Source of the DNA: Christensenellaceae bacterium
GTDB lineage: Bacteria; Bacillota; Clostridia; Christensenellales; Borkfalkiaceae
Direction of reading: 5' to 3'
Assembly: GCA_045645345.1 (NCBI GenBank)
Contig: JAZRIP010000026.1
Location: forward strand, 5,142-69,141
Length of the DNA: 64,000 nucleotides
A program made the translations under genes and the position numbers. Below, piece by piece: positions 1 to 9,118 of the stretch. The first letter of the stretch is position 1. Every line of letters starts with the position of its first letter. Below the pieces are notes generated by a model. The model made no database searches. It was not told the origin of the DNA and saw nothing but the letters and a program-made list of their open reading frames with translations.

Positions 1-1
1 A

Positions 2-421
2 CAATATATAGGCACAATCGTTGGTGCGTTAGATTATAGATATAACCCTGCAATTAAATACAACGTAGAGTTGTTCCCAAATTCAGACAAACTTGGGCAG
101 TTAAAAGTAACTTTAAGAACGCAAAACGTTATGCTTTTAGATTTAATGAGTGATTTTTACAAATATTATATATATTTAGAAAAGACGTACTATAACGAAA
201 AGGCGACCTATCTATTTGAGCAAAACAAGTTTATAAGGCTTTTTGATTTTCCAAATAGCGTAGTAACTACAAAGCAACTTGCTGAACTTTTGACCGTCTA
301 CGTTAAAGATTTTGACGAACTTTTAAACGTATATTTTAACAATTTAACAAACGATACTAGCGTGTTTAAAAAGGTTGAAAGAAAATTTATCGAATTAAAA
401 AGAGAGAGCATAATAATTTAA
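2..421 (+). CDS. hypothetical protein, 5'-truncated by window edge
   Basis: The reading frame is open from nt 2 with no stop before the track ORF at 71. It ends 8 nt before clpB, so the two are probably co-transcribed. No motif recognised. Confidence 0.5.
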   Translation, partial: QYIGTIVGALDYRYNPAIKYNVELFPNSDKLGQLKVTLRTQNVMLLDLMSDFYKYYIYLEKTYYNEKATYLFEQNKFIRLFDFPNSVVTTKQLAELLTVYVKDFDELLNVYFNNLTNDTSVFKKVERKFIELKRESIII

Positions 422-429
422 GGAGTAAT

Positions 430-3015
430 ATGAACAATAAAAATTTTACGCAAAAAAGCGTGGAAAGTATAAACAGTGCGTTAACTTTTGCAAAAGAAAA
501 TTCTAATCAACAAGTAACGGGCTTACATTTGCTTTACTCATTACTTGACGAAAATTCTTTAATTTTTCAAATTTTAACGAACATGCAAGTTGACGTTAAT
601 AAACTTAAAGAAGATTGCACGAAAAAAATAGCAAAACTACCAAAAGTTAACGGGGGCGAGCAGTATTTAAGCGTTGATTTTTCAAACGTCGTTGACTACG
701 CCGAAAAAGTTTCAAAAGAAATGAAAGACGAGTTTATTTCAGTTGAGCATTTATTTATAGGTTTAATTGAAAAGGCAAGTCAAGAGTTAAAAGAACTATT
801 TACAAAGCATAAAATTAATAAAGACGAATTTTATAAGCAATTAGCAAAAATAAGGGGAGGGCAAAGAGTTATGAGTGATAATCCAGAAAGCACTTACGAC
901 GCGTTAAACAAATATGGTCAAGACTTAGTTGAAAGGGCAAAACAAAATAAAATAGACCCCGTAATAGGTAGGGACGAAGAAATTAGAAACGTAATACGCA
1001 TTTTATCAAGAAAGACTAAAAACAACCCCGTATTAATAGGCGAGGCGGGCGTTGGTAAAACGGCTATTGCCGAAGGTTTGGCAATTCGTATAATGAAAGG
1101 CGACGTTCCCGAAAAACTTAAAGACAGAAAACTTTTTTCGCTTGATATGGGGTCGTTAATTGCAGGTGCAAAATATAGGGGCGAGTTTGAAGAAAGGCTA
1201 AAAGCCGTTTTAAACGAAGTTAAAAAAAGTCAAGGTAAAATTATCCTTTTTATTGACGAACTTCACAATATCGTTGGTGCAGGCAAGACTGATGGAGCAA
1301 TGGACGCAGGCAACTTGTTAAAGCCTATGCTTGCAAGGGGCGAACTTCATTGCGTAGGGGCAACAACGCTTGACGAGTATAGAAAATATATCGAAAAAGA
1401 CCCGGCGTTAGAAAGAAGATTTCAACCCGTTTTAGTAAAAGAGCCAACCGTTGAAGACACTATTTCAATTCTTCGTGGGCTTAAAGAAAGATACGAAGTA
1501 TACCACGGTGTAAAAATTCAAGATAGTGCGATTATATCTAGTGCAGTTTTATCAAACAGATATATAACCGATAGATTTTTACCCGATAAAGCAATAGACT
1601 TAATCGACGAGGCGTGTGCAATGATAAAGACTGAAATGGACTCAATGCCAGCCGAAATGGATAGCGTTTCAAGAAAAATAATGCAACTTGAAATTGAAGA
1701 AACGGCACTTAAAAAAGAAACGGACACCTTGTCTAAAGAAAGACTAAAAGCATTGCTTAAAGAATTAAACGAGTTAAGAGACGAATACAAGGTAATGCAA
1801 GCAAAATGGCAAGGCGAAAAAGACGATATAAACAAAGTTCAAAAATTGCGAGAAGAAATTGAAACGCTAAACGCCGAAATGGAAAAGGCTGAAAGAGAGT
1901 ACAATCTTCAAAAAACTGCCGAAATTAAATACGGCAAATTACCCGTACTTAAAAAGCAGTTAGAAGAAGTTGAAAGGATTACGCAAACTCAAAAAGAAAG
2001 CCTACTTCACGATAGGGTAACTGAAGAAGAAATTTCAAAAATCGTTTCAAAATGGACGGGAATACCCGTATCAAGACTTAAAGAAAGTGAACGTGAAAAA
2101 ATTTTATCGCTTGACAAAACCTTGCACGAAAGGGTAATCGGTCAAGACGAGGCAGTAACAAAAGTAAGTGAAGCAATACTGCGTTCAAGAGCAGGAATAC
2201 AAGACCCTAATCGCCCTATAGGTTCGTTTTTATTCTTAGGACCGACGGGCGTTGGTAAAACTGAACTTGCAAAAGCACTTGCTGAAACGCTATTCGACGA
2301 CGAGAAAAATATCGTACGAATTGATATGACCGAGTATATGGAAAAGTTTAGTGTTTCTAGGTTAATAGGTGCTCCTCCAGGCTACGTTGGTTACGACGAA
2401 GGCGGTCAATTAACCGAGGCAGTAAGGCGTAAACCGTATTCGGTTGTGTTGTTTGACGAAATCGAAAAAGCACACCCCGACGTGTTTAATATTTTACTTC
2501 AAGTGTTAGATGACGGAAGAATTACCGATTCGCAAGGCAAAACCATTGACTTTAAAAACACAATCATTATTTTAACGTCGAATTTAGGCTCGGAATTTAT
2601 ACGTGAAGGAATTACGAGTGATAATGAAATTTCGCTTGAGGCAAAAGAGCAAGTTAACAACCTTTTAAAAGCAAGTTTTAGACCGGAATTTTTAAATAGG
2701 TTAGACGAAATTGTCCTTTATAAACCACTTTCTAAAAATGATATTTCTAACATTATAGAACTTCTTTTCAAAAATTTGAAAAAGCGTTTACAAAATAAAG
2801 ATTTGCATTTAGAAATAACGAAAAGTGCAAAAGATTTTATCATTGAAAACGGTTACGATTCAGTTTACGGGGCAAGACCACTTAAACGCTTTATTCAAAG
2901 CAAAGTTGAAACGCTTATCGCTAAAAAAATATTATCAACCAACTTGCATAGTGGCGACGTTTTAGTGGTAGACCAAATCGACGGCGAATTAACAATCGAA
3001 GTAAAAGGCAAATAA
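430..3015 (+). CDS. clpB: ATP-dependent chaperone ClpB (class I AAA+ disaggregase)
   Basis: 861 aa. Has a Clp N-domain and two Walker A loops (GEAGVGKTA, GPTGVGKTE). A long coiled-coil middle domain lies between the NBDs. A GARPLKR-type sensor motif sits at the C-terminus. Confidence 0.95.
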   Translation: MNNKNFTQKSVESINSALTFAKENSNQQVTGLHLLYSLLDENSLIFQILTNMQVDVNKLKEDCTKKIAKLPKVNGGEQYLSVDFSNVVDYAEKVSKEMKDEFISVEHLFIGLIEKASQELKELFTKHKINKDEFYKQLAKIRGGQRVMSDNPESTYDALNKYGQDLVERAKQNKIDPVIGRDEEIRNVIRILSRKTKNNPVLIGEAGVGKTAIAEGLAIRIMKGDVPEKLKDRKLFSLDMGSLIAGAKYRGEFEERLKAVLNEVKKSQGKIILFIDELHNIVGAGKTDGAMDAGNLLKPMLARGELHCVGATTLDEYRKYIEKDPALERRFQPVLVKEPTVEDTISILRGLKERYEVYHGVKIQDSAIISSAVLSNRYITDRFLPDKAIDLIDEACAMIKTEMDSMPAEMDSVSRKIMQLEIEETALKKETDTLSKERLKALLKELNELRDEYKVMQAKWQGEKDDINKVQKLREEIETLNAEMEKAEREYNLQKTAEIKYGKLPVLKKQLEEVERITQTQKESLLHDRVTEEEISKIVSKWTGIPVSRLKESEREKILSLDKTLHERVIGQDEAVTKVSEAILRSRAGIQDPNRPIGSFLFLGPTGVGKTELAKALAETLFDDEKNIVRIDMTEYMEKFSVSRLIGAPPGYVGYDEGGQLTEAVRRKPYSVVLFDEIEKAHPDVFNILLQVLDDGRITDSQGKTIDFKNTIIILTSNLGSEFIREGITSDNEISLEAKEQVNNLLKASFRPEFLNRLDEIVLYKPLSKNDISNIIELLFKNLKKRLQNKDLHLEITKSAKDFIIENGYDSVYGARPLKRFIQSKVETLIAKKILSTNLHSGDVLVVDQIDGELTIEVKGK

Positions 3016-3064
3016 AAAAACGTTAATAGTCGCTATTCCTTAGAGAATAGCGACTAAAATATTA

Positions 3065-3102
3065 TCACGGCGAGTGATTGAACTGCAAGTTCAAGTCGCA
3101 GT
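3065..3102. repeat. 38-nt direct repeat, copy A1 (tcacggcgagtgattgaactgcaagttcaagtcgcagt)
   Basis: Matches copy A2 at 3281-3318 with one mismatch. Contains 13 nt (gcaagttcaagtc, 3085-3097) identical to the T-arm of the adjacent tRNA-Leu, but in the opposite orientation. Confidence 0.85.
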
Positions 3103-3164
3103 AAGAATAAAATACAAACAAAAAAAGAACACGGTGTAGTGCTCTTTTTTATTATGGTGTGGGC

Positions 3165-3180
3165 AACAAGTTTCTGCCCC
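3165..3180 (-). repeat. 16-nt duplicate of the tRNA-Leu 3' end (att-like scar)
   Basis: tggtgtgggcaacaag is identical to 3375-3390, the 3' end of the tRNA-Leu gene, in the same orientation. It is preceded by an A-run/hairpin/T-run, as the real tRNA end is. Confidence 0.8.
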
Positions 3181-3280
3181 TTGATAAGGGGAAGGCAAAC
3201 AAAGTTTGCGAGGGGAAATTCCCTTAAAAAGGGAAATGTCGCAAAGCGACAAAAGGATGGCTGTCCTGCAAAGGATGCCG

Positions 3281-3318
3281 TCACGGCGAGTGATTGAACT
3301 GCAAGTTCAAGTCGTAGT
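3281..3318. repeat. 38-nt direct repeat, copy A2
   Basis: See A1. Matches 37 of 38 positions. Confidence 0.85.
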
Positions 3319-3374
3319 GCATATGTAAAACGAATAAAAAAATAACACCCATGCGTGGTGTTATTTTTTATTTC

Positions 3375-3456
3375 TGGTGTGGGCAACAAGACTTGAACTT
3401 GCACGGTTACCCATATGAATCTGAATCATACGCGTCTGCCATTTCGCCATGCCCAC
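3375..3456 (-). tRNA. tRNA-Leu (anticodon CAG), CCA encoded
   Basis: The reverse complement folds as a type II tRNA. Acceptor GTGGGCA/TGCCCAC, anticodon stem TATGA/TCATA with loop TTCAGAT, long variable arm, T-arm GCAAG-TTCAAGT-CTTGT, 3' ACCA. Confidence 0.9.
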
Positions 3457-3458
3457 GC

Positions 3459-4313
3459 TTATTCTTCGTCTATGATTTTATAGCCCCTTTCTTCAAGCCA
3501 TACTAACGCCATATCTACCCACTTTGGATAGTCTTTTGCCATTTGTCCTAACCTACTAGCAAAAGTATTGTACACGCTTTGCTCGCCGATACTCATGCCG
3601 TGTAAGCCCTTTTCAAAAATGTGAATAGAGAAAGGCACGCCTGCATCGTCGTACGCCATAGCAAGTTTTAAACTATTTTGACAAGGCACGCAATTATCTT
3701 CAAAAGTAGAAACGATAAAACATGGCGAACTTTCACTTGTAACTAAGGTTTCTAAACTTAATTTTTCTTTAAGAGCATTATCTTCGCCACACAAGTTGTC
3801 GAAAGACGACATATGCGCCCTTCCGTTATAAGAAACAACGGGGTACATATAAATTGTTTCGTTAGGTTTAACAAGCGACTTTTTGTCGCCTAAAAAGTTA
3901 AGGCTATCGTCGTTATATAGTAACGAAACCATACCCGCTAAATGACCACCAGCCGAAAAACCTACTACGGCAACTTTGTCTTCTATAACGAACAAATCTT
4001 TTGCGTTAGAACGAATATACGCCATAGCCATTGACGCTTCTTGCAACTGAACGGGGTGTCTAGTTGGTTTAGTGCTATATTTTAACACGAAAGCGTTATA
4101 GTCTTTTGACAAAAATTTTAAGGCAACGGGCTCAGCCTCTCTATCACTCGTATGGGCGTAACCACCACCTGGAATTATAAGCATTGCAGGGTGCTTTCTT
4201 TTAAGGTTAACGTGTGGAGTTTGATGCACTAAATAACACGTTAAAATTGCATTAGCCCCTTCGGGTTTTTTTACGTTAAAATATTCGTATAAATCGACTT
4301 GAAAAACTTTCAT
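3459..4313 (-). CDS. alpha/beta-fold esterase/lipase
   Basis: Start moved to MKVFQV, which has an AGGAG SD (taaaaaggagcagtattATG). Has an oxyanion-type PGGGY motif and a GFSAGG nucleophile elbow (GxSxG). The stop codon lies 2 nt from the tRNA-Leu 5' end. Confidence 0.8.
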   Translation of the reverse strand: MKVFQVDLYEYFNVKKPEGANAILTCYLVHQTPHVNLKRKHPAMLIIPGGGYAHTSDREAEPVALKFLSKDYNAFVLKYSTKPTRHPVQLQEASMAMAYIRSNAKDLFVIEDKVAVVGFSAGGHLAGMVSLLYNDDSLNFLGDKKSLVKPNETIYMYPVVSYNGRAHMSSFDNLCGEDNALKEKLSLETLVTSESSPCFIVSTFEDNCVPCQNSLKLAMAYDDAGVPFSIHIFEKGLHGMSIGEQSVYNTFASRLGQMAKDYPKWVDMALVWLEERGYKIIDEE

Positions 4314-4450
4314 AATACTGCTCCTTTTTAGGCTTATGATAATATTATATATTAATATTTTGTTAAAATCAAGCCATATTGTAAGTTTGCATAAAAAAAG
4401 CGTTACGTTAAGACTGTTTTTAAAGTGATATTGTTTCGTAGCAAATAGTG

Positions 4451-4528
4451 TAGCAGGGCGTAGCGAACGCCAACTAAGCAAGCAGTTCTTAGCCGAGCAA
4501 AGCGAACGCCAACTGCGAAAGCAGTTCT
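4451..4528. repeat. tandem 39-nt direct repeat x2, GC-rich and hairpin-forming
   Basis: Units 4451-4489 and 4490-4528 share 32 of 39 nt. Each contains agcgaacgccaact and aagcagttct. Unit 2 forms a perfect aactgc-GAAA-gcagtt hairpin. Confidence 0.85.
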
Positions 4529-4711
4529 ATAAACCAAATCCATATTATTAAATCACTCATAACCCAAGCCGTTATTTTATTATTTGACAACCATTTTAGT
4601 TTATTGTACAATAAATAAAATTCTACTTTTGGTTGAAAACTCCCCAACTCAACCATTAGTTCGTGGTAATTTAGTAAAATTAAGTTATACTAATATTGTA
4701 AGGAGGCAGTT

Positions 4712-5323
4712 ATGGACTTAATTAAAATAGGTAATTTTATAGCCGAAAGAAGAAAGGCAGTCAACTTAACGCAAATGCAACTTGCTGAAAAGTTAAATAT
4801 TACCGATAGGGCAGTTTCTAAATGGGAAACGGGCAGGGCGTTGCCCGACTCGTCAATTATGCTTGAACTTTGCTCAATATTAAAAATTACTGTAAACGAA
4901 TTATTGTCTGGGGAGGTTTTAAATATGGACAATTACAATAAACAATTAGAAAATAACTTAATTGAAATGGCAAAACAAAAAGAAAAAGCCGATAAAATGC
5001 TTTTAAAATTAGAATTTGCCGTAGGAATATCTTGCGTTGTCGTCTTATTAGCGTTTGTATTAATTGCAAGTTTCGTTCAAATGCAAGAGTGGTTAAAGGT
5101 AGTTATCGTATCCGTAGGGCTAATCCCTTTAATCGTTGCTATACCTTTCTTAATCAAAATAGAACAAACGGCAGGCTACTATGAGTGTAAGCATTGTAAA
5201 AATAAATATATTCCGTCGTATAATAGCGTATTTATGGCAATGCACCTTGGTAGAACAAGATATATGAAATGCCCAAAATGCAACAAATTCTCTTGGCAAA
5301 AAAAAGTAATAAATAAAGATTAA
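4712..5323 (+). CDS. membrane-anchored XRE-family HTH regulator with C-terminal zinc-ribbon
   Basis: N-terminal HTH_3 signature (LTQMQLAEKLNITDRAVSKWETG). Two TM helices. C-terminal CxxC...CxxC (CKHCKN...CPKCNK). AGGAGG SD. Confidence 0.8.
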   Translation: MDLIKIGNFIAERRKAVNLTQMQLAEKLNITDRAVSKWETGRALPDSSIMLELCSILKITVNELLSGEVLNMDNYNKQLENNLIEMAKQKEKADKMLLKLEFAVGISCVVVLLAFVLIASFVQMQEWLKVVIVSVGLIPLIVAIPFLIKIEQTAGYYECKHCKNKYIPSYNSVFMAMHLGRTRYMKCPKCNKFSWQKKVINKD

Positions 5324-5435
5324 TAATTAAATAAACGAAACGGCAAGAAAATCTTGCCGTTTTATTATTAAAAAAGTTGTTTTTTACTATTTATTTTTTT
5401 GTCTTATTATGTTACAATAGACTTAAGGAGCAATT

Positions 5436-7148
5436 ATGTTAAAACGATTTTTGTCATACTATAAACCACATAAATTAATGTTTACTTTAGATATGTTGGC
5501 GTCGCTTACAGTATCGTTACTAGGTATGCTTTACCCGATAATTACAAGATATATGCTAAACGATTTTATTCCAAATAAAAACGCTGAACTTATAATAACT
5601 TTCGGCGTAGTATTGTTTGCAATTTATATCGTTAGAATGTTTCTTAACTATTTTATACAATATTGCGGACATATAGTCGGTGTAAAAATGCAAGCACAAA
5701 TGCGTAGCGATATGTTTAACCATCTTCAAAAATTGCCGTACAAGTTTTACGATAATAATGAAACGGGTAAACTTATGTCACGTATGACTAACGACTTAAA
5801 CGACGTTAGCGAACTTGCTCATCACGGACCTGAAACCTTAATAATTTCGTCAATATCCTTTATTGCTGCGTTTATTTATCTTCTTACAATAAACGTAACT
5901 CTTACTTTAATTATATTTTTATGCGTTCCGTTCTTGCTTGCTATTTCTTTCTTAGTTCGTAAAAAAATGCGTAACGCTATGATGGAAAGTAGGCGTGCAG
6001 TAGCACAAATAAACGCATCGCTTGAAGGTAGTATTTCAGGGATTAGAGTAACTAAGGCTTACACTAACTCTAAAACGGAAATAGAAAAATTCGAGCAAGG
6101 CAACGAAAGGTTTGTTAAAGCAAGAAAAAGAGCCTATCATTTTATGGGAATTTTTCACTCGACTTCAACTTTCGTTACCGAAGTATTTAACGTAGTAGTT
6201 TTATTAGCAGGTGGTTTATTTTTATACGCAGGGCAAATCGAACTTGGCGATTACTCGGTTTTTATCGTTTCAATCAACATATTTTTATCGCCCGTTCGTC
6301 AACTTATTATGTTTATGGAGCAATTCCAAAACGGCTCGACGGGTTTTCAACGTTTTATTGAAATTATGGATACCCCTATCGAAACGGATAATCCATCGGC
6401 AAAAGATATTGAGTGTGTTCAAGGCAATATTGAGTTTAAAAACGTAACGTATAGATATAGCGAAGAAAAAGAAGTTTTAAACGACTTGTCTTTCAAGGTT
6501 GAAAAAGGACAAATTTTTGCACTCGTTGGTTCAAGTGGCGGTGGTAAAACGACAATTTGCCATTTAATTCCTAACTTTTACAAAGTTGAACAAGGCGAGA
6601 TTTTAATCGACGGCATAAATATTAAAGATATAACGATGCAGTCTTTAAGAAAAAGTATAGGCATAGTTCAACAAGACGTGTATTTGTTTAATTCAAGTAT
6701 AAAAGACAATATTTTATACGGCAGACCAGACGCAACCGAAGAAGAAATTATTACTGCGTCAAAGCGTGCAAATATTCACGACTACGTTATGACGCTTGAA
6801 AAAGGTTACGATACCGTGATAGGTGAACGTGGCGTAAGGCTTTCGGGTGGGCAAAAACAAAGGCTTTCTATAGCAAGGGTATTTTTAAAAAATCCACCTA
6901 TCTTAATTTTAGACGAAGCGACTAGTGCGTTAGATAATTCTACCGAAATATTAATTCAACAATCGCTAGACGAACTTTGCAAGGGTAGAACGACTATAGT
7001 CGTTGCACATAGACTTTCAACAATAAAAAATGCAGACCAAATAGCAGTAGTTGAAAATGGAGAAATTAAAGAACAAGGCACTCACGACGAGTTAATTAAT
7101 TTAAACGGAAGATATAAAACTTTATATAGTCAACAATTTAGAGAATAA
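5436..7148 (+). CDS. ABC exporter, fused permease/ATPase (MsbA/multidrug type)
   Basis: 570 aa. Six-TM N-terminal half. Walker A GSSGGGKTT, signature LSGGQKQR, Walker B ILILDEATS. Confidence 0.9.
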   Translation: MLKRFLSYYKPHKLMFTLDMLASLTVSLLGMLYPIITRYMLNDFIPNKNAELIITFGVVLFAIYIVRMFLNYFIQYCGHIVGVKMQAQMRSDMFNHLQKLPYKFYDNNETGKLMSRMTNDLNDVSELAHHGPETLIISSISFIAAFIYLLTINVTLTLIIFLCVPFLLAISFLVRKKMRNAMMESRRAVAQINASLEGSISGIRVTKAYTNSKTEIEKFEQGNERFVKARKRAYHFMGIFHSTSTFVTEVFNVVVLLAGGLFLYAGQIELGDYSVFIVSINIFLSPVRQLIMFMEQFQNGSTGFQRFIEIMDTPIETDNPSAKDIECVQGNIEFKNVTYRYSEEKEVLNDLSFKVEKGQIFALVGSSGGGKTTICHLIPNFYKVEQGEILIDGINIKDITMQSLRKSIGIVQQDVYLFNSSIKDNILYGRPDATEEEIITASKRANIHDYVMTLEKGYDTVIGERGVRLSGGQKQRLSIARVFLKNPPILILDEATSALDNSTEILIQQSLDELCKGRTTIVVAHRLSTIKNADQIAVVENGEIKEQGTHDELINLNGRYKTLYSQQFRE

Positions 7149-7187
7149 AAAAAGCACCTTGAAGGTGCTTTTTAAATTGTATAACGT

Positions 7188-7742
7188 TTAATTTAAGTTA
7201 AAGCAAGCAATAAAGTAAATTACGCATAACGTCACGGCTAAAATACAACCTAAAACACACAAAATCGTTTGTAGAACGACTTCGTCGTCGGCATTGTATC
7301 GTTGCCGTATCATTAAAATAACCGAACCAACTGCTATTGCAGGTGGAACTAATAAGTATAAGCCTATATATACTACGAAGGCAAAAATCATATACAAAAT
7401 TCCGTACACAACGTTAATTGCTCCCGTTATTAATACGAGTAATGCTTCAATTACGATTAAAAGAAGGGTTATTGCAATAAACGGCAAAAAGCCGAAAAAC
7501 GCAAGGAAAAAGTTTGTATCGGCAACTTCTAACGCCCAGTTTGAAAAAAGTTCAAACCAACCTTGCCATTTGTGCGTTAAGTACATTTCTTCAAACAAGT
7601 CGCCTATATGATTAGGAATAAATATCAATACGTCGTATTTTACTAGCATAAATATTCCAAAATAAATAAGTGCGATTAAAACGGGGTACGAATATAAAAA
7701 TATATATCTAAAAAACGCCCCGATTTTTTCTAAAAAAGACAT
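7188..7742 (-). CDS. hypothetical polytopic membrane protein
   Basis: 184 aa and strongly hydrophobic, with 4-5 predicted TM helices. SD aagggg upstream. No recognisable family. Confidence 0.6.
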   Translation of the reverse strand: MSFLEKIGAFFRYIFLYSYPVLIALIYFGIFMLVKYDVLIFIPNHIGDLFEEMYLTHKWQGWFELFSNWALEVADTNFFLAFFGFLPFIAITLLLIVIEALLVLITGAINVVYGILYMIFAFVVYIGLYLLVPPAIAVGSVILMIRQRYNADDEVVLQTILCVLGCILAVTLCVIYFIACFNLN

Positions 7743-7871
7743 AACAAACCCCTTATTAGTATATTAAAAAAATTCAAATAACGATTTTATTATATACGAA
7801 AAAATTTTTAAAATCAAGTAAAAAGCCGTCAAACACGTTTAAGTGTTTAACGGCTTATTTTTTTATTAAAA

Positions 7872-8903
7872 TTAGATTTCAGCGAAGTATTTGATAGTTC
7901 TTACCATTTGTGAAGTGTAAGAGTTTTCGTTATCATACCAAGAAACAACTTGTACTTGGTAAGTTTCGTCGTCAATCTTAGAAACCATAGTTTGAGTAGC
8001 GTCGAAAAGTGAGCCAAATCTCATACCGATAACGTCGCTTGAAACGATTTCGTCTTCGTTGTAGCCAAACGATTCAGTTGCTTGTGCTTTCATAGCAGCG
8101 TTGATACCGTCAACGGTAATATCTTTACCTTTTACAACTGCAATTAAAATAGTAGTAGAACCAGTTGCAGTAGGAATTCTTTGAGCAGCACCGATAAGTT
8201 TGCCGTTAAGTTCAGGAATAACAAGACCGATTGCTTTTGCAGCACCAGTAGAGTTAGGAACGATATTCATAGCACCTGCTCTAGACCTTCTTAAATCACC
8301 CTTTCTTTGTGGACCGTCAAGAATCATTTGGTCACCAGTGTAAGCGTGAACGGTAGTCATAATACCAGATTGAATAGGAGCATAGTCGTTAAGTGCTTTT
8401 GCCATAGGAGCAAGACAGTTAGTCGTACAAGAAGCGGCAGAAATAACAGCGTCTTCTTTAGTTAACGTTTTGTGGTTAACGTTGAATACGATAGTCTTTA
8501 AATCGTTACCAGCAGGAGCAGAAATAACTACTTTTTTAGCACCGGCAGTAATGTGAGCCATAGACTTTTCTTTTGAAGTGTAGAAACCAGTACATTCTAA
8601 AACAACGTCTACGTCAAGTTTACCCCAAGGGCAGTTTACAGCGTCTTTTTCAGCGTAAATTTTAATTTCTTTTCCATCAACGATAATAGAATCATCGGTA
8701 GCAGAAACAGTGTGAACACCTTCACCATATTTGCCTGCGAAACCACCTTGTGCAGTATCGTATTTAAGAAGATGAGCAAGCATTTTTGGGCTTGTTAAGT
8801 CGTTAATGGCTACTACTTCGTAACCTTGTGCATCAAACATTTGTCTAAACGCAAGACGACCGATACGGCCAAAGCCGTTAATTGCAACTTTTACATTTGA
8901 CAT
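7872..8903 (-). CDS. gap: type I glyceraldehyde-3-phosphate dehydrogenase
   Basis: Start at [16 protein letters not shown], with GGAGGA SD. Active-site SCTTNC motif is present. Confidence 0.95.
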   Translation of the reverse strand: MSNVKVAINGFGRIGRLAFRQMFDAQGYEVVAINDLTSPKMLAHLLKYDTAQGGFAGKYGEGVHTVSATDDSIIVDGKEIKIYAEKDAVNCPWGKLDVDVVLECTGFYTSKEKSMAHITAGAKKVVISAPAGNDLKTIVFNVNHKTLTKEDAVISAASCTTNCLAPMAKALNDYAPIQSGIMTTVHAYTGDQMILDGPQRKGDLRRSRAGAMNIVPNSTGAAKAIGLVIPELNGKLIGAAQRIPTATGSTTILIAVVKGKDITVDGINAAMKAQATESFGYNEDEIVSSDVIGMRFGSLFDATQTMVSKIDDETYQVQVVSWYDNENSYTSQMVRTIKYFAEI

Positions 8904-9118
8904 TTTTGTGTCCTCCATAAACATATATACTTTAAAATTTTTATTAATTAATTAAATTGTCAAAAAATTAACAAATAAAGGTAAACTTAAATTACCATAA
9001 GCATTATAATAGTTTTTGACGTTTTAGTCAATTATTTTACGTTAATAATTAAAAATTTTAAAAAAATACCCTATTATTCTTTATTTTTAAATAATAGGGC
9101 AGTTTTTAATTTGTAAAA

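Noticed and set aside
1518-1835. Antisense ORFs embedded in well-supported genes (for example 1518-1835 in clpB, 16246-16644 and 16810-17064 in the MFS-GH2 gene, 24673-25011, 46961-47344, 51155-51526, 59623-60024)
   Set aside because: All lie fully inside, and antisense to, long ORFs with clear family motifs. They lack SDs and have skewed, low-complexity composition typical of shadow ORFs in AT-rich DNA.
3054-3404. 116-aa ORF on the minus strand in the track
   Set aside because: It runs across the clpB terminator hairpin, both 38-nt repeats, two terminators and part of the tRNA-Leu gene. It has no SD. Its 'protein' is internally repeated only because the DNA is repeated. I treat it as non-coding.
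3165-3456. Intact genomic island or prophage at tRNA-Leu
   Set aside because: The direct repeats of the tRNA 3' end enclose only 194 bp. There is no integrase, excisionase or phage gene nearby. At most it is a scar.
4314-4481. N-terminal extensions of track ORFs (3459-4481, 7872-8924, 15890-, 19984-, 27557-, 29234-, 32445-, 56889-, 60648-)
   Set aside because: In each case an internal ATG preceded by a good SD, or a conserved protein N-terminus, gives the expected start. The extensions run through promoters or terminators, or overlap the upstream gene.
4451-4528. Possible CRISPR array
   Set aside because: There are only two contiguous 39-nt units, with no spacers between them and no cas genes in the window. 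I treat it as a simple tandem repeat.
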